Below, one piece after another: positions 49,991-59,099 of a stretch of 64,000 nt of DNA. The notes below the pieces were generated by a model that saw nothing but the letters and a program-made list of their open reading frames with translations, did not search any database and was not told the origin of the DNA. A program made the translations under genes and the position numbers. Positions within the stretch are counted from its first letter, which is position 1. Each line of letters starts with the position of its first letter. Source of the DNA: Desulfobacteraceae bacterium (GTDB taxonomy: Bacteria > Desulfobacterota > Desulfobacteria > Desulfobacterales > ETH-SRB1); assembly GCA_030593145.1 (NCBI GenBank), contig JAUVHU010000003.1:9962-73961 (forward strand), in the 5' to 3' direction.

Positions 49991-51115
49991 ATGACAAAAA
50001 AATTAAATCATACATCGGCCCCGAAGCCTCATCCACATGGTGAAAACAAAGAAGCATCCCTGCGCCTTGTCGCCTGGGAAACTACGCGCAACTGCAATCT
50101 TTCCTGCAAGCACTGCCGCGCTTCCGCAACAAAAGGCCCATATAGCGGGGAACTCGACACACAGGCTTCCATACTGCTTCTGGATCAGATAGCAAAACTT
50201 GGGAAACCGATAGTTATTCTTACCGGCGGTGAACCTCTTTTACGTCCCGATATATTTGAACTTGCAAGTTACGGCACGGATAAAGGGCTCAGAATGGTTA
50301 TGGCTCCAAACGGAACACTGATCACAAAAGCTTATGCCAGACAGATGGCGGATTCAGGAATCAAAAGAATAAGCATCAGCATTGACGGCGCAACAAAGGA
50401 AAGTCATGACAGTTTCAGGGGAGTTGACGGAGCTTTTGAAGGAGCGCTTCGCGGTATCAACATGGCAAAGGAGGCTGGAATAGAATTTCAAATTAATACC
50501 ACCATTACAAAAACAAACCTTGACCAGATCCCCTTGATACAGGAACTCGCCATAGAACTTGGCGCAGTTGCCCACCATATTTTTCTTTTAGTCCCAACCG
50601 GCCGCGGCAAATATATTGTTGATCAGGAAATAACGTCAGAAGAATATGAACGCACTTTAAACTGGTTCTATGACCAGAGGGAAAAAACACCTTTACAATT
50701 AAAAGCCACATGCGCTCCACATTACTACCGCATACTCAGACAAAGGGCTAAAAAAGAAGGAAAGCAGGTTACGTTCAAAACACATGGTCTGGATGCTGTT
50801 ACACGGGGATGCCTTGGAGGCACAGGATTCTGTTTTATTTCACATACAGGTATTGTGCAGCCCTGCGGGTTTCTCCAGTTAAATTGCGGTGATATTACAA
50901 AGACACCTTTTTTCGATATCTGGAATAATTCTGAAACCTTTCTATCCTTACGGGATTTTAACAAATTAAAAGGAAAATGCGGAAAGTGTGAATTCAAAAA
51001 AGTATGTGGAGGCTGCAGGGCAAGAGCTTATGAAGCAACCGGAGACTACCTCGCCGAAGAACCTCTTTGCAGTTATCAACCCGGCTCTAAGTCATCCGCC
51101 AAGAAACCTGCTTAA
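49991..51115 (+). CDS. ahbD: Heme b synthase (radical SAM/SPASM)
   Basis: LRLVAWETTRNCNLSCKHCRA, KATCAPHYYR, RGCLGG, CGGCRARA. Confidence 0.92.
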   Translation: MTKKLNHTSAPKPHPHGENKEASLRLVAWETTRNCNLSCKHCRASATKGPYSGELDTQASILLLDQIAKLGKPIVILTGGEPLLRPDIFELASYGTDKGLRMVMAPNGTLITKAYARQMADSGIKRISISIDGATKESHDSFRGVDGAFEGALRGINMAKEAGIEFQINTTITKTNLDQIPLIQELAIELGAVAHHIFLLVPTGRGKYIVDQEITSEEYERTLNWFYDQREKTPLQLKATCAPHYYRILRQRAKKEGKQVTFKTHGLDAVTRGCLGGTGFCFISHTGIVQPCGFLQLNCGDITKTPFFDIWNNSETFLSLRDFNKLKGKCGKCEFKKVCGGCRARAYEATGDYLAEEPLCSYQPGSKSSAKKPA

Positions 51116-51119
51116 AAAA

Positions 51120-51152
51120 AGAAACCGCTGCAAAACTTTTGCAACGGTCTCT
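51120..51152. terminator. Hairpin between convergent ahbD and sppA
   Basis: agaaaccgctgcaaaa/ttttgcaacggtctct with an upstream A-tract. Confidence 0.55.
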
Positions 51153-51178
51153 GCTCATCTACTCAACTGTAATATTTT

Positions 51179-52081
51179 TCACGGCATGTAAAGATAACCG
51201 GCATATAAAGATTGATTGACCAACTGGCTTATAAACTCTTTAACTGATGAACCTGTAAGGTATTTCAGGATGGAAAATTTCTTCTCAGGGGGATACACAG
51301 TAGAAATCTTTCCTTTTATTCCACCCAAACGCCCCGCCCATTCTACAGCATCTTCAAGATTTCCAAGACGATCAACAAGCCCAAAATCTTTGGCCTCTTC
51401 CCCTGTAAATATTCGTCCATCAGCAAGCGTTTCCACTTTAGCCTGATCCATCCCTCTTCCTTCGGCAATATCCATAATAAATTGCCTGTGAATCCGGTTT
51501 GAAAAACCCTGGAGAATCTTTTTTTCTTCTTCTGCCATCTCTCGCACAGGAGAGCCTATATCCTTATATTTGCCACTTTTTATGACAACGGGAACCAGAC
51601 CGATTTTATGAAGAAGTTCCTGGAAATTTGCATATGCCATGATAACCCCGATACTGCCTGTTATAGTACCGGGATTCGCCACAATGCCGTCTGCCCCGGC
51701 AGCAACATAATAACCACCCGAAGCGGCAACAGCGCCCATAGAAGCAATAACTTTTTTTGATTTTACTGTCTTTCTTATTTCCCTGAAAATTTCCTGCGAA
51801 GGGCCTACAGCTCCTCCTGGAGAATCGATCCGTACCACTATGGCTTTAATAGAACTATTCTCACGGAAGAGTTTCAGGTTATGAATTATATCCCTGGAAC
51901 CGGTAATAGCGCCGGTCAATTCTATTATTCCGACCTTTTCTCCGCCCGATTTTATCATATCATCAAAACCGGCGCCTCTTGTGCCAAAGACAAATATCAA
52001 CGATATTCCTATTACAGCCGTAACCATAATAAATGAAAAAACAAGCATAAAAAAAAGATATGGATGACGCCTGGAGAACAT
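51179..52081 (-). CDS. sppA: Signal peptide peptidase SppA (36K type)
   Basis: IDSPGG, AASGGYY, TGSIGV, DGRIFTG. Confidence 0.95.
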   Translation of the reverse strand: MFSRRHPYLFFMLVFSFIMVTAVIGISLIFVFGTRGAGFDDMIKSGGEKVGIIELTGAITGSRDIIHNLKLFRENSSIKAIVVRIDSPGGAVGPSQEIFREIRKTVKSKKVIASMGAVAASGGYYVAAGADGIVANPGTITGSIGVIMAYANFQELLHKIGLVPVVIKSGKYKDIGSPVREMAEEEKKILQGFSNRIHRQFIMDIAEGRGMDQAKVETLADGRIFTGEEAKDFGLVDRLGNLEDAVEWAGRLGGIKGKISTVYPPEKKFSILKYLTGSSVKEFISQLVNQSLYAGYLYMP

Positions 52082-52092
52082 ACAGGTTAACC

Positions 52093-53925
52093 CTATTCCT
52101 TGCTGGCGCTATCCCGCAAGTTCTCACGCAGAATTTCACCAAACGTTGAGGGCAGCGGATTTGTATTGTTTGCATAGTCGCTAAGAAGGCCTTTATCATC
52201 ATCAATTTCAAGCCTCTTTATTGAAAGTCCGATCCTTCTTTCATCGCTGTTTATGTTCATAACCTTTGCGGTAATAACATCATTAACATTAAACTTTCCC
52301 ACAGGTGTTTTTATTTTTTCCTTACTGATTTCAGATACATGAACAAGCCCCTCTATCCCTTCTTCCAGCTCTATAAAAACGCCGAAATCAGTAATATTTG
52401 TAATCGTTCCCGAGATTTCTTTGCCAACCTCATATCGCTCGCTTACAGTGGTCCATGGATCTGTCTGTAATTGTTTAATGCCAAGAGAAAATCTTTCATT
52501 GTTCTTTTCAATATCAAGAACTATGGCCTGTATAACATCCCCTTTCTTATATAACTCAGATGGATGTTTTATACGCTTTGTCCAGGAAATATCTGAAATA
52601 TGCACAAGGCCGTCAATGCCTTCATCTATACCGACAAAAAGACCAAAATCGGTAATATTCTTAATTTTCCCTTCTATGGTTGTACCAACAGGATATTTTT
52701 CACTGATTACATCCCACGGATTTGGAACAACCTGTTTCATGCCAAGGGAAATACGTCTATTTTCGGGCTTGATGTCAAGCACAACCGCCTCAACCATATC
52801 TCCTATGGAAACAACTTTGGAAGGATGGCGTATCTTCCGGGTCCAAGACATCTCAGAAACATGAATCAGACCCTCAATACCATCTTCCAGTTCTATAAAT
52901 GCGCCATAATCTGTCAGACTAACGACCTTGCCTGTTATATGGGAACCCAGCGGATATTTTTCTGTAGCAATCGCCCAGGGGTCCTGAGTAAGCTGTTTCA
53001 TGCCGAGTGAAACCCGTTCCCTCTCAACATCAAAATTAAGAATCTTTACCGTTATATTGTCGCCAACAGAAAAAAGTTCCGAAGGATGTTTAACACGTCC
53101 CCATGAAATATCTGTAATATGGAGCAAACCGTCCACACCGCCAAGATCGACAAATACACCATACTCGGTAATATTTTTTACTATTCCTTCAACGACCTTA
53201 TCCTCGTGGATATTTTCAAGAGTCGCAGATCGTTTAGATTCGCGTTCTTCCTCAAGAATTGCCCTTCTCGACAAAACAATATTGCTGCGTTTTCTATTAT
53301 ATTTTAAAATTTTAAAAGAAAACGTCTTGCCTACAAGCTCGTCCAGATTGCGTATAGGACGCAAATCAGCCTGTGAACCAGGCAAAAAGGCCTGGACTCC
53401 GATATCCACAGAAAAACCACCTTTTACACGAGATAATATCTCCCCTTCAATAATTTCCTCGTTATCAAAAGTCTTTTTGATTGCTTCCCATACCTTAATC
53501 TTTGCCGCTTTTTCCTTTGAAAGAACGACACGCTCTTCTTCTTCATCCCAGTATTCGACCATTACCTCAACACTATCGCCGAGAACGGCGTTTAAATTGC
53601 CTTTCTCATCCCTGAATTCGTGAACTCGTATCTGTCCTTCTGATTTGTATCCTACATCAACCAGCACGTACTCTTTATCAACCGCAATGATCTTGCCGGT
53701 GACAACCTCCCCTTCCGCAAAGCGCTTGAAGCTTTCCTCATAGATATCCATGATATCTTCCATGCTGCCCTCATCGTCCTGAACATCTTCTGACAAAGAT
53801 GTATCGGATTTCAACTCATCGCTTTGCTGCACAACTTTTTCATCCGGCTGCTCTGAATTGATCGAGCCGGATAAATCACTCTCATCATTTTTTTTGATTG
53901 AATCGTCTGTTACAAAATTTTCCAT
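52093..53925 (-). CDS. rpsA: 30S ribosomal protein S1
   Basis: Six S1 domains (e.g. YGVFVDLGGVDGLLHITDISW); probable ATG at 53925. Confidence 0.97.
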   Translation of the reverse strand: MENFVTDDSIKKNDESDLSGSINSEQPDEKVVQQSDELKSDTSLSEDVQDDEGSMEDIMDIYEESFKRFAEGEVVTGKIIAVDKEYVLVDVGYKSEGQIRVHEFRDEKGNLNAVLGDSVEVMVEYWDEEEERVVLSKEKAAKIKVWEAIKKTFDNEEIIEGEILSRVKGGFSVDIGVQAFLPGSQADLRPIRNLDELVGKTFSFKILKYNRKRSNIVLSRRAILEEERESKRSATLENIHEDKVVEGIVKNITEYGVFVDLGGVDGLLHITDISWGRVKHPSELFSVGDNITVKILNFDVERERVSLGMKQLTQDPWAIATEKYPLGSHITGKVVSLTDYGAFIELEDGIEGLIHVSEMSWTRKIRHPSKVVSIGDMVEAVVLDIKPENRRISLGMKQVVPNPWDVISEKYPVGTTIEGKIKNITDFGLFVGIDEGIDGLVHISDISWTKRIKHPSELYKKGDVIQAIVLDIEKNNERFSLGIKQLQTDPWTTVSERYEVGKEISGTITNITDFGVFIELEEGIEGLVHVSEISKEKIKTPVGKFNVNDVITAKVMNINSDERRIGLSIKRLEIDDDKGLLSDYANNTNPLPSTFGEILRENLRDSASKE

Positions 53926-54026
53926 TAACAAAATACCCCCTAAGCCAATTTTAATACCGCAATCAATAGAAGATTGCATAAACTATTTTTATTATCAAAC
54001 AACTTATTAGAAAACAACTATTATTT

Positions 54027-54334
54027 TGAGGTGGTTTCAAAATGTTCAATTTTCTTCAAGATCAAGGGCAATTCCGCAGGATAGCGGAATTGGACAACTG
54101 CCAAGTTGCCCGAAGGGTAAGGGGCATGGATGCCCCGAGTCAACGCTCAAACATAGCGCTGACGCTTCACTTCGTGCAACCATAGGAATACATTGAGTAT
54201 TTCGAGAATAGCGCTAAAGGTTAGCGCTGACGGTTGCGCCTTACGGCTTGAAAAAATGCACTTCGTGTCACTCCGTGCAAAATTTGAGCCTGACGCAGAC
54301 ATTGGGCAAAAGGAAACGTTTTGAAATTGGCTCA
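54027..54334. mobile_element. MITE family A (reverse orientation) expanded to 308 bp by nested hairpins
   Basis: Ends match family A; inserts caattccgc..gcggaattg, gcccgaagggt, ggggcatggatgcccc, tagcgctaa..ttagcgct, cacttcgtg. Confidence 0.78.
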
Positions 54335-54389
54335 ACCAACTTGCTGTTGACATGTCTTTATTATTATAATTAAATTAATTAGTTTAATC

Positions 54390-54550
54390 GATGATTTCGT
54401 AAAAAGTCACGAATTTAACTATAGATGGGTAAGTAATCCCGCCAAGGCGGGACATATACAAAGCATAGTGATTTTTCAGGATCGAAAGCATACATATAAA
54501 TCTGAAAAATCATTGCAACGCAGTAGATGGAACTTTTTACGACGCCATCA
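54390..54550. mobile_element. MITE family B with an inserted hairpin
   Basis: gatgatttcgtaaaaagt / actttttacgacgccatca; insert tcccgccaaggcggga. Confidence 0.8.
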
Positions 54551-54568
54551 TTATTGGGAGAGTTCACA

Positions 54569-54997
54569 ATGTATTCAAAAATACTTATTCTCCGGTTTCC
54601 AAAAACCGAAGTTCACAAACCGTTAGTTTGCCACCTTGTTAAAGATTATAGCCTTACCTTTAACATACTTAATGCTACAATACTGCCCAGAAAAGAAGGA
54701 ATTATGGCGCTTGAGTTGTCAGGCGCCAGAAAAAATTTCAGGGAAGGGGTAAAATATCTCAAAAGCCAGGGGGTGCATGTTCAAAGCGCTGCCCAGGAAA
54801 TAAAACGTAACAACAATAAATGCATACATTGCGGAGCCTGCACTGCAGTTTGTCCAACAGGCGCACTTTCAATTAAACGGCCTGAAATGTATGTTGAGTT
54901 TGATCAAAAAAAATGCAGTGTATGCGAACTTTGCGTACCTGCCTGTCCACCAAGAGCGATGGAGGTTAGCCCGACAAACAAAACCTTTTTTGAATGA
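54569..54997 (+). CDS. NIL-domain 2[4Fe-4S] ferredoxin
   Basis: N-terminal NIL-like FNILNATI; CIHCGACTAVCP and CSVCELCVPACP; ATG 54569 with GGAG RBS. Confidence 0.88.
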   Translation: MYSKILILRFPKTEVHKPLVCHLVKDYSLTFNILNATILPRKEGIMALELSGARKNFREGVKYLKSQGVHVQSAAQEIKRNNNKCIHCGACTAVCPTGALSIKRPEMYVEFDQKKCSVCELCVPACPPRAMEVSPTNKTFFE

Positions 54998-56100
54998 AGA
55001 AATTAACCGCTATTGCCATAAGTGGTGGCATAGATTCACTTGTAGCCGCATATTTGTTAAAGAAACAGGGGCACAATCTTGTCGGAATTCACTTTATTAC
55101 CGGATATGAAACAGACAAATCCCTTCAAAATATAACAATCGCCTTTCCTGACTCAAACAGAAAACAACTATCAACCGCAAACGAAAAACCTCCGCACAAA
55201 ATTATATCTATTGCACACAAACTTGGCATAAACATCAAAATTATTGACTGCTCTCTTGAATTTAAGAATAAAGTTGTCGATTATTTTACACAGTCATATC
55301 AGATTGGCCTGACTCCAAATCCATGTCTTGTATGTAATCCGTTAATTAAATTCGGATCGGTTCTTGCCTTTGCCCGCAAACTTGGAGCGTCCTGCCTTGC
55401 CACAGGACATTATGTAAGAATATCAAAGAACGACAAGGGTAGATTCCACCTTTTAAAAGGTATAGACACTAAAAAGGACCAGTCTTATTTCCTCGCATTC
55501 CTGTCTCAGAAACAGCTTGCCCGCGCGTGTTTCCCCCTCGGCAGCATGAAAAAAACAGATGTTGAAAAACTGGCGGCAGAAAAAGGGTTTAATAGAATTA
55601 TAGACAGGGAAAGCCAGGATATATGCTTTATTAAAGATAAAACCTACGGCGAGTTTCTTGCGCTGCAATATAATTTTAAACCAGAACCGGGTTTAATAGA
55701 AGATGTTAACGGCAATATATTAGGAGAGCACAAAGGGCTGCATCTCTTTACCATAGGTCAAAGACGCGGAATAAATTGCCCAAGTTCCGAGCCATATTAT
55801 GTTGTAAGAATAAACCAAAAGCAAAACCGCCTTGTGGTTGGCTGTAAAAATGATTTGATCTCATCAAAATGCAGCGTTATTAATATAAACTGGATTGCTG
55901 ACACCCCGGCATCTCCCATCACAGTTCACACGCGTGTAAGATATCGTCACAAAGCCGCTTTATCCACTCTTATTCCGGGCGACGACAATACCGCGGTTGT
56001 AAAATTCGAAACTCCTCAAGAAGCAATAACTCCCGGCCAGGGGGCTGTATTTTATCAAGGAGACGAAATCCTTGGTGGCGGCTGGATTGCAGAGGAATAG
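54994..56100 (+). CDS. mnmA: tRNA-specific 2-thiouridylase
   Basis: SGGIDS, TPNPCLVCN, ATGHY, KDQSYFL, SQDICF, TIGQRRG, TPGQ. Confidence 0.96.
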   Translation: MKKLTAIAISGGIDSLVAAYLLKKQGHNLVGIHFITGYETDKSLQNITIAFPDSNRKQLSTANEKPPHKIISIAHKLGINIKIIDCSLEFKNKVVDYFTQSYQIGLTPNPCLVCNPLIKFGSVLAFARKLGASCLATGHYVRISKNDKGRFHLLKGIDTKKDQSYFLAFLSQKQLARACFPLGSMKKTDVEKLAAEKGFNRIIDRESQDICFIKDKTYGEFLALQYNFKPEPGLIEDVNGNILGEHKGLHLFTIGQRRGINCPSSEPYYVVRINQKQNRLVVGCKNDLISSKCSVININWIADTPASPITVHTRVRYRHKAALSTLIPGDDNTAVVKFETPQEAITPGQGAVFYQGDEILGGGWIAEE

Positions 56101-56111
56101 ACAAAAGAACT

Positions 56112-56430
56112 ATCACGAAAGCACGAAAAATTGAAACCACGAAAACAGTTGGCAATTTAATAGTATAGGAATTTCCATTTTATGCTTAATGAATTCGGCA
56201 TGATAGGATATGAGTGATTTTTTTGAACGTCGAACATCGAACGTCCAACGTCGAACATCGAATGATGAAATCGCTTCGCTCTGCCTGTTTATAAATTGGC
56301 AGAATACCTTATTCAAAATTCGATGTTCGACGTTCGATGTTGGACGTTCATCTTTTAAGCCCGCCCGAAGGGTACTAATTTAATTTCCGGGCATTATTTC
56401 GTGTTTTCGTACTTTCGTGTTTTCGTGATT
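56112..56430. mobile_element. Nested mini-elements: (CACGAAA)n/(TTTCGTG)n outer arms around a heptamer-array element
   Basis: atcacgaaagcacgaaaa...tttcgtgttttcgtgat; inner aacgtcg aacatcg aacgtcc ... tcgatgt tggacgt at 56224-56352. Confidence 0.78.
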
Positions 56431-56465
56431 AATTTATTTTGCTTTAAAACTTTTAGTGATAATTT

Positions 56466-57794
56466 ATGTCTTTTTTCAACATCATAACTTTGGGCTGCAA
56501 GGTAAATCAATATGAATCAGATGCCATTGCTCAATCCTTGCGGGAAGCCGGATGGGTTTCCGCGCTCAAAGGAGAAAAAACCGATCTGTTTATTATCAAC
56601 ACCTGCACTGTAACCCAAAAAGCTTCTATGCAATCAAGACAAGCTGTGCGGCAGGCAATACGATCTAATCCAAAAGCATGTATAATTGTAACCGGCTGTT
56701 ATGCCCAGATCGAACCTGATGAAATAAAAAAGATTAAAGGTGTGCATTATATTATAGGTCATGCTGACAAGCATAAGATTCCTGAAATAATTATTTCCAG
56801 GAAAGAAAAAGATTCCCCTATTCCCGAATTCCATCCGTTGACTATCCGGCATGATGTTACCTGTGAACAAAAGTTCCAGCCAACACTTGTAACAGCCACT
56901 TCCAGAAACAGGACGAGGCCGGTTCTAAAAATTCAGGATGGATGCGATAATTTCTGCACATATTGCATTGTCCCTTATGCGCGAGGACGAAGCCGGAGCA
57001 TGCCGCTGAAAATTGTATTAGAAAATATCAGCCGGCTTTCTAAATCAGGCTGCCATGAAGTTGTCCTGTCAGGCATACACCTCGGCCGTTACGGAATGGA
57101 TCTTTTGCCTGAAACCAGCCTTGCAAAACTGTTAAAATGCATTCATGAGACAAGAACTATTGAGCGTGTACGCCTGAGTTCAATAGAGCCCAATGAAATT
57201 TCAGACGATATTATAAAAACAATGGCTGAGTCAGACATATTTTGTCATCATTTTCATATCCCTTTGCAAAGCGGAGATGATCTTATCTTAAAAAGAATGC
57301 ACAGGCCTTATTCACGATCTTTTTTCAGAGACATGGTGATTAGAATTCATGAAATGATACCGAATGCCGCAATCGGCGTTGATGTTCTGACAGGCTTTCC
57401 CGGCGAAACCGAAAAAGCCTTTGAAAATACATATTCATTAATAAAAAAACTACCCGTAACCTATCTGCATGTTTTCCCTTTTTCTCAGCGCAAAGGAACA
57501 CCCGCAAACAGTTATCCCGACCAAATCTCTCCGGATACTATCAAAACAAGATGTCAAAAAATGCGAGAGCTTGGAAATAACAAAAAAATGGAGTTTTACA
57601 AAAAATTAATCGGGGAAAAAGCGGAAATCTTAATAGAAGGCGTACAATCAAAATCTACAAGCTATTTGAAAGGAATAACTTCAAACTATGTTCCTGTTTT
57701 TGTGCGTGGTGAAAATACTCTGAAAAATTGTATTGTTCAGGTCAAAATTAATAAATTATACGGTAAAAATGCTGTTTTGGGCCGGATCTTATAA
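56466..57794 (+). CDS. mtaB: tRNA t6A37 methylthiotransferase
   Basis: TLGCKVNQYES, NTCTVT, QDGCDNFCTYC, LHVFPFS. Confidence 0.93.
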   Translation: MSFFNIITLGCKVNQYESDAIAQSLREAGWVSALKGEKTDLFIINTCTVTQKASMQSRQAVRQAIRSNPKACIIVTGCYAQIEPDEIKKIKGVHYIIGHADKHKIPEIIISRKEKDSPIPEFHPLTIRHDVTCEQKFQPTLVTATSRNRTRPVLKIQDGCDNFCTYCIVPYARGRSRSMPLKIVLENISRLSKSGCHEVVLSGIHLGRYGMDLLPETSLAKLLKCIHETRTIERVRLSSIEPNEISDDIIKTMAESDIFCHHFHIPLQSGDDLILKRMHRPYSRSFFRDMVIRIHEMIPNAAIGVDVLTGFPGETEKAFENTYSLIKKLPVTYLHVFPFSQRKGTPANSYPDQISPDTIKTRCQKMRELGNNKKMEFYKKLIGEKAEILIEGVQSKSTSYLKGITSNYVPVFVRGENTLKNCIVQVKINKLYGKNAVLGRIL

Positions 57795-57870
57795 TTGATG
57801 AATTCGTAAAAAAACTATATTATGCCGCTTCGCAACACTGCAAACGAAAATAACTTTTGCGTTTTTTTCC

Positions 57871-58034
57871 CTTAGGAGGCAAGTATAAATAAGTTGTACA
57901 GATTGCGCCGTAATTTTGTTTGTTTTCAAGGCGCGTTAAGGCGCGCATAACGAGTTATGTGAGCCTTGACGGAACACAGAAAACAAGCAAAAGGACAAGC
58001 AGGATGTATAAGTTATTTTTACTTGACGACTTAG
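57871..58034. mobile_element. MITE family D, copy 2
   Basis: Near-identical to 45088-45250; CTTAG at both ends. Confidence 0.88.
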
Positions 58035-58119
58035 GTTTATGAAATAAGCTGAAGGCATTAAACTTCGGCCTGTTTGAAGAACATGCCCTGCATCTCAAAT
58101 CATAATTGTAACTATTCAG

Positions 58120-59052
58120 GTGGATAAAATGACTCAGGAAACTTACGATGTTGTTATTTTAGGAACCGGGCCTGGAGGACTTCAGGCCGCGATTCATGCT
58201 GCCCGCGCTAAAGCCTCTGTACTGGTTTTGGGTAGGGAGCATAAATCCAGTCTTTACAGGGCACATGTAGAAAATTACTGCTGTCTAAGTAAAATTTCTG
58301 GAGAGGAGCTTCTTGAACAAGGCGTCCAGCAAGCCATGAATTCCGGAGCACATTTTATCCAGGAAGATATTATCAAGACTACACAGAAGGATGACTGGTT
58401 CATAATTTCAACTGAAAGCGGGCGTTTAATAAAACATAGAGCCCTTATTATGGCTATGGGTATAACCCGCAACCGTCTTGGAGTTCCAGGAGAGAAAAAG
58501 TTTCTGGGAAAAGGCGTCAGTTATTGTGTGGATTGTGATGCCAATTTTTATAAGAATGCAAAAGTAGCTATTGTTGGCAATGAATCGGCAGCTGTTTCAG
58601 GCGCGTTAACCCTTCTTTTTTATGCTGATCAAGTTCATCTTGTTTCAGATCAGCTTAAGGTTTCCGAACGACTCGATTATCAAATCAGGGAATCAGAAGT
58701 TATTATCCACTCGGGGCGCAGGGTTAAAGAAATCGTTGGGAAAGAAATTGTTGAAGGAATAATATTGGACGACGACCAGAGGCTGAACATAGATGGCGTA
58801 TTCATAGAGACCGGGGCAAAAGGGGCCGTTGAACTAGCTGCTACCCTCGGTGTTGAGCTGGATGCCGACAAATTCAAATACATTGTTGCTGATAAGCAGC
58901 AGCAGACAAACATACAGGGAATTTATGCTGCCGGAGATATCTGCGGCCCGCCTTTTCAGATGGCTAAAGCTGTCGGGGAAGGCTGCGTTGCAGGGCTTTC
59001 TGCGGCCAGGTATGCAAAGAAATTTGATAGCCGTTCACGGCTTGAAATTTGA
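58120..59052 (+). CDS. Thioredoxin reductase-like flavoprotein
   Basis: GTGPGG FAD motif, GVSYCVDCD, IYAAGD; NADPH motifs degenerate; alternative ATG at 58129. Confidence 0.85.
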   Translation: MDKMTQETYDVVILGTGPGGLQAAIHAARAKASVLVLGREHKSSLYRAHVENYCCLSKISGEELLEQGVQQAMNSGAHFIQEDIIKTTQKDDWFIISTESGRLIKHRALIMAMGITRNRLGVPGEKKFLGKGVSYCVDCDANFYKNAKVAIVGNESAAVSGALTLLFYADQVHLVSDQLKVSERLDYQIRESEVIIHSGRRVKEIVGKEIVEGIILDDDQRLNIDGVFIETGAKGAVELAATLGVELDADKFKYIVADKQQQTNIQGIYAAGDICGPPFQMAKAVGEGCVAGLSAARYAKKFDSRSRLEI

Positions 59053-59099
59053 GCAGTTACAAAAATTTTTACCAACAAACTAATAGGGAGGTAATTATT

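Noticed and set aside
54060-54290. Structured GC-rich stretch upstream of rpsA as a riboswitch or ncRNA
   Set aside because: It lies wholly inside family-A termini, and its hairpins recur in other elements.
54147-54353. Small ORFs within repeat elements (also 9240-9449, 25080-25304, 29820-30026, 45153-45410, 56113-56316, 61592-61810)
   Set aside because: They are translations of MITE or heptamer DNA with no independent coding evidence.
9201-56430. Short periodic repeats as a CRISPR array
   Set aside because: Units are 7-9-bp tandem repeats without unique spacers; no cas genes present.
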